Positions 49,154 to 56,758 of a stretch of 56,758 nucleotides of DNA are shown here, piece after piece. The notes below the pieces were generated by a model that was not told the origin of the DNA, did not search any database, and worked only from the letters and a program-made list of their open reading frames with translations. Every line of letters starts with the position of its first letter. The stretch's first letter is position 1. This DNA comes from Malacoraja senta (lineage: Eukaryota). Position numbers and translations under genes: made by a program. The DNA lies in contig JAXLNO010000115.1 in assembly GCA_038087875.1 (NCBI GenBank), positions 1 to 56,758 on the forward strand, read 5' to 3'.

Positions 49154-50164
49154 ACTTTAATAAATCCTTTTTCACCTTGCCATGTCTGCGTGTTCTTCAT
49201 CACAATGGGTACGTAATGGGCAGGAATGGCTGCGCTGTCAGAGAGCCACTAAGAGTGCCTGGGGGGGAGGTTGAGGAGAGATGGACTGAATGCGTGGAGG
49301 GGAGGGGAAATGCAAGGAGCAGAGTTGGGGGTGAAGGAAGGAGGGGTAACTGAGGTGACTGCCACCACACCAGCTGTAATTGACTGAAGTGCCAGCCCAT
49401 CAGTCATGACTTAGTGAACTGATGTGCAAGAATCCATTCAGTCACAATGTCCATACTAGCCCTCTGGAAACCAGTCCCTTCAGCCCACAACACCCATACT
49501 AGCGCAACAGCGATCAACGCAAGGGATAGACGTTCCTCCTTCATTGCTGTGATCTGTAAAAAGAGATGAAAATGTCTAAAATTGATTGTCCACCCTCTCC
49601 TCCTTCTCTCTCACAGACTCTGTCACCTGTTTTCAGTAGAATTTCTGGCAGTTTCTGAGCTGCCAGCCCACCAGGCCTGAGTTTCTGAGCTGCCAGCCAC
49701 CAGGCCTGAGTTTCTGAGCTGCCAGCCCACAGGCCTGAGGTTTCTGAGCTGCCAGCCCAAGAATCCATTCGGCCCACAAAACCGATGTTAGTGCTCCAGT
49801 AACCCCCCCCCCCCCCCCCCACTGGCCAGCAATATTGGAATTGGTGGAGAGGTGGAAAATTGCTTTGTGGGACCAGCCTCCTTGTGTGAAGCTGGGATCC
49901 AACGGGTCTCACTTAGTCTAGTGTAGTTATACAAGAAGAAGTTTGGATGAATATCTTACTGTTTTTGCTACTACACTAAAGAAACTATTAATCAAGAGAC
50001 TGTGTTTGGAAGATTTCCCTTTCGACGGCATTGAATGTCTCGGGGAGAGCTCGTGAATGCGTTTCGATTAACTCCTGAACCCGTGTCTTCAATCAGAGTG
50101 ACTAAAGGAAAGAATCCTGGAAACGATATGAAAATCTGTCACTATAAGTACTGCCCCAGATTAC

Positions 50165-50785
50165 TACTCCACAGTGTGTCACGCTATCAGTAATACTCCA
50201 CAGTGTGTCCCTCCATCAGTACCACCACAGTGTGTCCCCCATCAGTACCACCACAGTGTGTCCCTCCATCAGTACCTCCACAGTGTGTCCCTCCATCAGT
50301 ACCTCCACAGTGTGTCCCTCCATCAGTACCTCCACAGTGTGTCCCTCCATCAGTACCACCACAGTGTGTCCCCTCCACCAGTACCACCACCACAGTGTGT
50401 CCCTCCATCAGTACCACCACCACAGTGTTCCCCTCCATCAGTACCACCACAGTGTGTCCCCTCCATCAGTACCACCACCACAGTGTGTCCCTCCATCAGT
50501 ACCACCACCACAGTGTGTCCCTCCATCAGTACCACCGCAGTGTGTCCCCTCCATCAGTACCACCACCACAGTGTATCCCTCCATCAGTACCACCACCACA
50601 GTGTGTCCCTCCATCAGCCACCACCACCACAGTGTGTCCCTCCATCAGTACCACCACCGCAGTGTGTACCCTCCATCAGTACCACCACCACAGTGTATCC
50701 CTCCATCAGTACCACCACAGTGTATCCCTCCATCAGTACCACCACCACAGTGTGTCCCCTCCATCAGTACCACCACAGTGTGTCA
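50165..50785. repeat. 27-31-bp minisatellite CACAGTGTGTCCCTCCATCAGTACCAC(CAC)
   Basis: About 20 copies with variable CAC number. Confidence 0.93.
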
Positions 50786-51666
50786 CTGCGTCAGATCTGC
50801 CCCATTGTTACCCCTCCATCAGTACTATCCCACTGTGTGTCACTCCATCAGTGGACGGAGAGAGGGCAGCCCAGAGAGGGGAATAGAGAGCGTAGGAAAT
50901 AGAGTAACAGTTCAGAGAGAGTGACAGCAGTGAGGATGGAGGGAGAGAGAAAGAGAGGAGGGAGAGGTGCTGCATCATTCGCCGTTTTATTTAGGTTTAG
51001 GACAATTCTGAGGCGGCAATGTTTCTGTTCTCTGAGTGTCGTGAGCCTTTGGGTCGTTCCCCCTCAGAGGTGATGAAGGAAGGCAGTGAATGTTATTGTC
51101 CCATGGTATAGTCAGATCTATTCCAGGCAAGCAGGAGTGAAATGGTTCCCGGGGTCAGTCAGCGGGAGTGTGGGGTTGAGGTCACAGTCAGTCAAGCCGC
51201 GATCATATTGAGTGGTGAAGCAGAGTGGAGGGATGGGGGGCATTTTAGTCCGAGGTGATGTGTTGAACTAATTCCTCAACCTGTGGACAAAGGTCGCCCA
51301 GTCCAGTCCACCTTCAAACTGGGCACCAGAAGCCCTGAGAGGGTCCCTGGAATTTGGCATTGCCTTGCTGAGTGAAACGGATTGAAGGAAATCAGACAAC
51401 CAACATGAGGTGGAGAGTTGGATCTGATGGAGTTTGAAACAATATCCCCTTTGCTGGAACAATGCCGCCTCTCCCAATTTCCATCCCTCAGTATCTATCG
51501 CCACAATTCCCAGTCTTTGGAGTTTCTCAATCAATTCCCTGAATAAATCACAACCTGTCTCAGCAGGGATTTCACTCGGCTGATGTCATCTGTTTGTGAA
51601 TCATTTCAAAATCTCTATTTTTAAACTCTGTTGAAACTTCACTGTCCCGGTGGAGACGGAAAATGG

Positions 51667-51673
51667 TATAAAA
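51667..51673 (+). promoter_or_regulatory. Candidate TATA box of the GPCR gene
   Basis: TATAAAA ~80 nt upstream of the ATG at 51754. Confidence 0.35.
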
Positions 51674-51753
51674 TCCCCAGGAATGTTCTGTCCCAGCATT
51701 TCATTCCGAGACATTACCGGTAGCTCACGGGGACACGTCGCTGGGCACAGAAA

Positions 51754-51829
51754 ATGGGGCAGCATATTTATGAATATTTCGCCGTGGAGAAAATCCTGTA
51801 CGTGATCATTGCTGCCATTGGTGTCCCTG
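51754..51829 (+). CDS. GPR139-like GPCR, coding exon 1
   Basis: aaaATGG Kozak context; MGQHIYEYFAVEKILYVIIAAIGVP (start of TM1); donor G|GTAAGT, phase 1. Confidence 0.9.
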
Positions 51830-52504
51830 GTAAGTGAGCAGAACAATTCAAGTTGTATAACTCCATCCGTGTGTTAACTGGTGTTGACCTGATCTCATCA
51901 TGTTACAAGTTCCCAACTGATGATCGTTGTACAAGAATATGTGAAGAATATCAATCCTCTCAGTGAAATATTTGTGAATTAATGCTGTGATATTTCTTAT
52001 TTTCAGACAGCTGAAACTAAGTCCCTTTTTCTCTCACTGCTGCCGGCCGGGAGCCACTAGAAGTTGTTCTTGCCTTCAGTGTTGTCCCAGTGCTCGGGAC
52101 AGGCAGGCAGGCAGGCAGCTCTCCGGGACGGTGTGACTGGGAGAGAGGGGTTCACGTTGTGAAGTTCACTGTGACTGAGTTATTGATCAGAGTGCACACC
52201 CGCTCCTGTGGACACTGTGTCTCACTGTGGAGTCTGTCTGTCACAGTCGGATTCCACCCACAGCATTTTGGTCAATAATTGGATCGACCTCCTGAACCAG
52301 TGGCCGCGGATCTACCGGCGTGTGTGTGTGTGTGTTGTTACTTCACCTGCACATCTTGAGTCTGCTGAGATTAGCCGCTGTATGTCTAAACTAACCCGAC
52401 TAACTACCCCCCCCCCCCCTGTCTCTGTGCGTTGGTACATATATCCCACACCATCCATACATGGGGATAATAGTTTGCAATCCTGGCACCGTCTGGATTT
52501 CGTG

Positions 52505-52692
52505 TGTGGGAATGAACTGCAGATGCTGGTTTAAATCGTAGATAGACACAAAGTGCTGGAGTAACTCAGCGGGACGGGCAGCATCTCTGGAGAGAAGGAA
52601 TGGGTGACGTTTCGGATCAAGACCCTTCTTCAGTCCCATTCCTTCTCTCCACAGATGCTGCCTGTCCCGCTGAGTTACTCCGGCTTTCTGCG
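52505..52692. mobile_element. Palindromic Penelope-derived short element
   Basis: Arms gagtaactcagcgggacgggcagcatct / agatgctgcctgtcccgctgagttactc flank a degenerate hammerhead-like core at 52603-52634. Confidence 0.7.
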
Positions 52693-52865
52693 TCGACCGT
52701 CTGGACCAGAAGGGGTGGACTCTCATTTGCAACAATTGGCCTCTGCTTCAGGAGGGAAGTGTGAAGGGCACCTTGTGTGGGCAGGGAGAGAAAGAGTGAA
52801 TATCAGGATGATTGGATATGGCGGCCATTGTAGTGCGTTCTTCCCCCAGCTTTACCTTTACCTTT

Positions 52866-53113
52866 AGAAAGGAGATGAGGAGGAATTTCTTTAGACAGAG
52901 GGTGGTGAATCTGTGCAATTCATTGCGGCAGACGGGGGTGGAGGCCAAGTCAATGGATAGTTTTAAGGCGGAGAGTGATAGATTCTTGATTAGTGCGGTG
53001 TCGGGGGGTTACGGGGAGAAGGCAAGAGAATGGGGTTGAGAGGGAAAGATAGATCGGCCATGATTGAATGGTGGAGTAGACATGATGGGCCTAATGCCCT
53101 AATTCTGCTCCTA
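52866..53113 (+). mobile_element. CR1-type LINE 3' fragment
   Basis: RKEMRRNFFRQRVVNLCNSL plus 3' UTR. Confidence 0.75.
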
Positions 53114-53139
53114 TCAGCTGCACTCTTGTGTAAAGTGTT

Positions 53140-53341
53140 TAAGAATGAACTGCAGATGCTGGAAAATCGAAAGTAGACAAAAGTGCTGGAGAAACTCAGC
53201 GGGTGAGACAGGATCTATGGAGCGAAGGAAATAGGTAACTATTTCCAGTCTGAAGAAGTGTTTTGGCCCGAAACGTTACCTGTTTCCTTCGTTCCATAGA
53301 TGCTGCCTCACCCGCTGAGATTCTCCAGCACTTTTGTCTAC
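53140..53341. mobile_element. Palindromic Penelope-derived short element
   Basis: ~65-bp inverted arms (gtagacaaaagtgctggagaa.. / ..ttctccagcacttttgtctac) around ctgaagaag..cccgaaacgt. Confidence 0.7.
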
Positions 53342-53502
53342 TCTTGTGTTAAGTCCTTTCTGAGTAATTCCCCTTATCTGTGCTGAATGCTAACCTGGTT
53401 CTGGAAGGGCAGAGTTTGGGGATAATGCAATAGATGAAGTAGTTTGCATCAAGAAGCCATTGGGATAACCTCAGTGAAGCTTGAGAGTGATGAGTGGTGA
53501 GT

Positions 53503-53708
53503 GTGGAATTCTCTGTCTCAGAGGGCGGTGGAGGCAGGTTCTCTGGATGCTTTCAAAAGAGAGCTAGATAGGGCTCTTAAAATAGCGGAGTCAGGGATAT
53601 GGGGAGAAGGCAGGAACGGGGTACTGATTGGGGATGATCAGCCATGATCATATTGAATGGCGGTGCTGGCTCGAAGGGCCAAATGGCCTCCTCCTGCACC
53701 TGTTGTCT
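53503..53708 (+). mobile_element. CR1/HER1-type 3' tail fragment
   Basis: Matches 1530-1738 and the reverse complement of 9850-10055. Confidence 0.8.
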
Positions 53709-54194
53709 ACTGAACTCACTGTGGAATGAATCCATTAACGGAGCCACTCTGCTGCTGCTGCTGCCGGATTCTAAGTTGTCCCTGCCTTCCCTCTGGAAGT
53801 CTCCCTCCTCGTCCCCATCAGATGCCGAGTTCCCAGAGCCCTGGTTAAACGGGGCCGGCCGCTCACGGTTAAGTCTGTGAAAGCGGCCCCATCACAGACT
53901 GTGAGCAGCAGCAGGGTTCACTATAGAAAGGACCATTACGCCTATTGTAGATGGGTGGGTGGCTACTCGTTCCCTCCCCTGCCCTTTACCCCACCCGCCC
54001 GTCACCTTATCTCTTGTCCCCTGAAGCAGGCAGGCAGGTCGGGCACAGTCGGAGCCGGCTCTGACATGTTAAACTTGCAGCAGCCGCGCACCGACTCCAA
54101 CACTCCTGATCTTGAGCTGAAAGTCGAGCCGGTGTTCAGCCCCGGAGACCGTGTTGGGTAAATGCCCAGTGTCCGTTCCCTTGTCTTTCCGCAG

Positions 54195-55102
54195 TGAATT
54201 TAGTGGCGATTGTGATCCTGTCCCGGGGAAAGTGTGGCCTCTCCACCTGCACCACTCGTTACCTGGTGGCCATGGCAGCGGCCGATCTACTGACCCTCAT
54301 CACCGAGGTCATTTTGTATCAGCTCCGATTACATTACTTTTATTGGAGTTTCCTGTCCTTCACCCCTGTGTGCCGTGTTATCTATGTACTGAGGTTTGCA
54401 GCTACAGACTGTTCTGTCTGGTTCACCGTCACTTTCACCTTTGATCGCTTTGTCGCCATTTGTTGCCAGAAGCTGAAAACTAAATATTGCACCGGGAAAA
54501 CTGCGGCTGTGGTTCTGGCAACAGCCGGCGTTCTGTTCTGTGTGAAAAACATTCCCCTCTACTTCACACATGAACCCTGGACAATCATCGACAATGTCCC
54601 GTGGGGCTGTGTCACGGTGGCCAGTTATTACACTGACCCCGGGTGGGTGGCATTTGACTGGATCGACACGGTTTTAACTCCGTTCCTCCCTTTCGCTGTA
54701 ATCCTGCTGCTCAACGCTCTGACTGTCCGCCACATTTTAGTGGCCAGTCGGGTCCGTAAGGGGCTGAGGGGTGAGAGCAAGGGGGAGAACCGCAGTGACC
54801 CGGAGATGGAGAGCAGGAGGAGGTCTATGGTTTTACTCTTCACCATCTCCGGCAGCTTCATCCTCCTGTGGCTGACGCTGGTTGTAAACTTCGTCTATTA
54901 TCAGATCACAGGAACTGGAAATGTTATGAATGATTCTCAATGGATCCTTAACGAGGTCGGGTATTTGCTGAGTAATCTCAGCTGCTGCACCAACACATTT
55001 ATTTACGCGGTGACCCAGTCCAAGTTCAGGGAGCAGGTGAAGAGCGCGGTGAAATATCCGCTCACCTCAGTGCTTCGGCTCATGAATCAATCCGCGCCCT
55101 GA
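54195..55102 (+). CDS. GPR139-like class A GPCR, coding exon 2 (spliced product 327 aa)
   Basis: Acceptor tctttccgcag; G+TG restores GVPVNLVAIVIL; YLVAMAAADLL (TM2), SVWFTVTFTFDRFVAIC (TM3), PFLPF..ILLLN (TM5), TNTFIY (TM7); seven hydrophobic segments; intron within TM1 as in GPR139. Confidence 0.92.
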
Positions 55103-55149
55103 GCGCATCCATCCCAGAGGCGGCGGGCGCGCGCAGTCTCTCCGCTCCG

Positions 55150-55336
55150 GGCTCCCCCCCCCCCTGGCAACAGGTGACGACACGATGGGGTGCGGCAGCC
55201 AATCGGATCGGATCGTCCGCTTCCCCTTCGGCCAATCAGTAGCCCCCTTCCCCCCCGGCAACAGATGATGCTGTATGGGGGGTACACAGCGACCAATCAG
55301 AGGTCCCCCACCTACCCTTAGCAACAGGTGATGTCA
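55150..55336 (+). promoter_or_regulatory. GC-rich cluster of three RFX X-box-like motifs and three CCAAT boxes
   Basis: CCTGGCAACAGGTG 55163-55176, CCCGGCAACAGATG 55254-55267, CTTAGCAACAGGTG 55317-55330; CCAAT at 55199, 55232 and 55293. Confidence 0.6.
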
Positions 55337-55412
55337 GAGGACCTGTTCTGGAACCTGGAGCTTGATCAGGATCTCCAGGACTTTGTGTTCTAGATCCAAG
55401 ATCTCCGCCTCC

Positions 55413-56112
55413 GCCTCTCTCTCCCTCTCTATCTCACACCCTCTCGCTCTCCTTCTCTCCCTCTCTCTATCTCCCCTCTCTCTCCTTCTCTCTCTCTCTT
55501 TCTCTCCCCCACTCTCTCCCTCTCCCCCTCTCTCTCCCTCACTCCCTCTCCCTCACTCCCTCTCTCCTTCTCTCTCTCTTTCTCACCCCCACTCTCCCTC
55601 TCCCCCTCTCCCCTCTCTCTCTCTCCCACTCTCTCTCTCTCCCTCTCTCCCTCACTCTCTCCCCCTCTCTCTCTTTCTCACCCCCACTCTCTCCCTCTCT
55701 CCTCTCCCCCTCTCTCTCTCCCACTCTCTCCCTCTCCCACTCTCTCTCCCTCTCTCTCCCCCTCCCTCTCTCTCTCCCTCTCCCCCTCTCTCCCTCTCTC
55801 CCTCTCTCCTTCTCTCTCCCTCTCTCTCTCCCCTCTCTCTCTCTTTCTCACCCCACTCTCTCCCTCTCTCCTCTCCCCCTCTCTCTCTCTCTCCCACTCT
55901 CTCCCTCTCCCCTCTCTCTCTCTCTCTCCCTCACTCCCTCTCTCCTTCTCTCTCCCTCTCTCTCTCCCCCTCTCTCTCTCTTTTTCTCACCCCCACTCTC
56001 TCCCTCTCTCCTCTCCCCCTCTCTCTCTCTCCCACTCCCTCCCTCTCCCACTCTCTCTCCCTCTCCCTCTCTCTCCCCCTCCCTCTCTCTCTCCCTCTCC
56101 CCCTCTCTCTCT
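55413..56112. repeat. ~700-bp polypyrimidine/polypurine tract
   Basis: Almost entirely C/T on the + strand with internal repeats (ctcacccccactctctccc). Confidence 0.93.
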
Positions 56113-56125
56113 CAACAGACGATAA

Positions 56126-56490
56126 CTAAAAAGACAATATGGGGAGAAAAGTTGAGGTACGAAGGTAACCTAGCCAAGAATATAAAGCAGGATAGTAAAG
56201 CTTCTTTAGGTATGTGATGAGGCAAAAATGAGTTAAGACCAAAGTTGGACCCTTGAAGACCGAAACAGGTGAATTTATTATGGGGAACAAGGAAATGGCA
56301 GATGAGTTGAACAGGTACTTTGGATCCGTCTTCACTAAGGAGGAAACAAACAATCTTCCTGATATAGTTGTGGCCAGAGGATCTGGGTAACGGAGGAACT
56401 GAAGGAAATCCACATTAGGCAGGAAATGGTGTTGGGTAGACTGATGGGACTGAAGGCTGATAAATCCCCAGGGCCTGGTGGGCTGCATCT
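56126..56490 (+). mobile_element. Degenerate CR1 ORF2 internal fragment
   Basis: Reads YEGNLAKNIK..VGPLKTETGEFIMGNKEMADELNRYFGSVFTKE..LKADKSPGP with stops. Confidence 0.8.
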
Positions 56491-56758
56491 CTTTTTCTTT
56501 TCGCGTTTCGTTCTCTCTCTCTTCTTTCAATCGTTTTAGATTTAATTCATTTTTTCCGATCAGAGCTCTAGTTTTTTTTATAGCGGTGTTTTGGCCCGTC
56601 CTCCGTCCGAGCTGGGCGGAGAGGGGGAACGAGAAAGGAGGAGGGGAGGAGGAGAGGGGAGATAAAAATGGGATATGGTTAGTTTTACTTTTACATATAT
56701 ATCTTTATACACACACACGCACGCACACACACACACACACACACACAGACACACAGAC

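Larger units (their letters stand above)
47145..49921 (+). mobile_element. Composite Helitron-like element at the array boundary (5' segment copy 4, internal repeats, 3' hairpin and CTAG)
   Basis: 5' segment as above; 49430-49921 is homologous to 9550-9845 (ctggaaaccagtcccttc.gcccacaacacccatactagcgc; aatattggaattggtggagaggtggaa); ends GGGATCC-AAC-GGGTCTC-acttagt-CTAG|T. The exact 5' TC terminus is absent. Confidence 0.7.

Noticed and set aside
49160..49205. Candidate first caspase exon (ATGGCAAG|GTGAAA, minus strand)
   Set aside because: The ATG frames end in phase 1 or 2 but the 11537 exon needs phase 0; it also lies within the Helitron-like interval.
51268..51534. ORF or LINE endonuclease-like remnant (GIALLSET) upstream of the GPCR
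   Set aside because: Similarity is limited to a few residues with nearby stops; not supportable without a search.

Overview
Vertebrate genomic DNA, most likely a cartilaginous fish (skate/ray/shark; inferred from HER1/CR1-type LINE and V-SINE fragments and a GPR139-like gene). From left to right: (1) three + strand exons matching the N-terminus of the kinetochore gene CENPK, apparently damaged; (2) facing them, three - strand exons of a caspase-14-like gene with AHG and QACRG motifs but no recognisable small-subunit exons; (3) a near full-length CR1 LINE with an open ORF2; (4) two nested non-autonomous Helitrons inserted at an A|T site; (5) a 5'-truncated L1-clade LINE broken by a 223-bp duplication and two stops; (6) a ~30-kb array of a 25-bp satellite (~1,100 units, estimated from length) whose right part is interleaved with four copies of a Helitron 5' segment, the last running into a Helitron 3' end at 49921; (7) an intact two-exon GPR139-like GPCR; (8) just after its stop codon, three RFX X-box-like motifs interleaved with three CCAAT boxes. 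Most ORFs in the supplied track between 17 and 47 kb are artefacts of the satellite. All homology calls are by-eye comparisons with remembered sequences; no searches were run.
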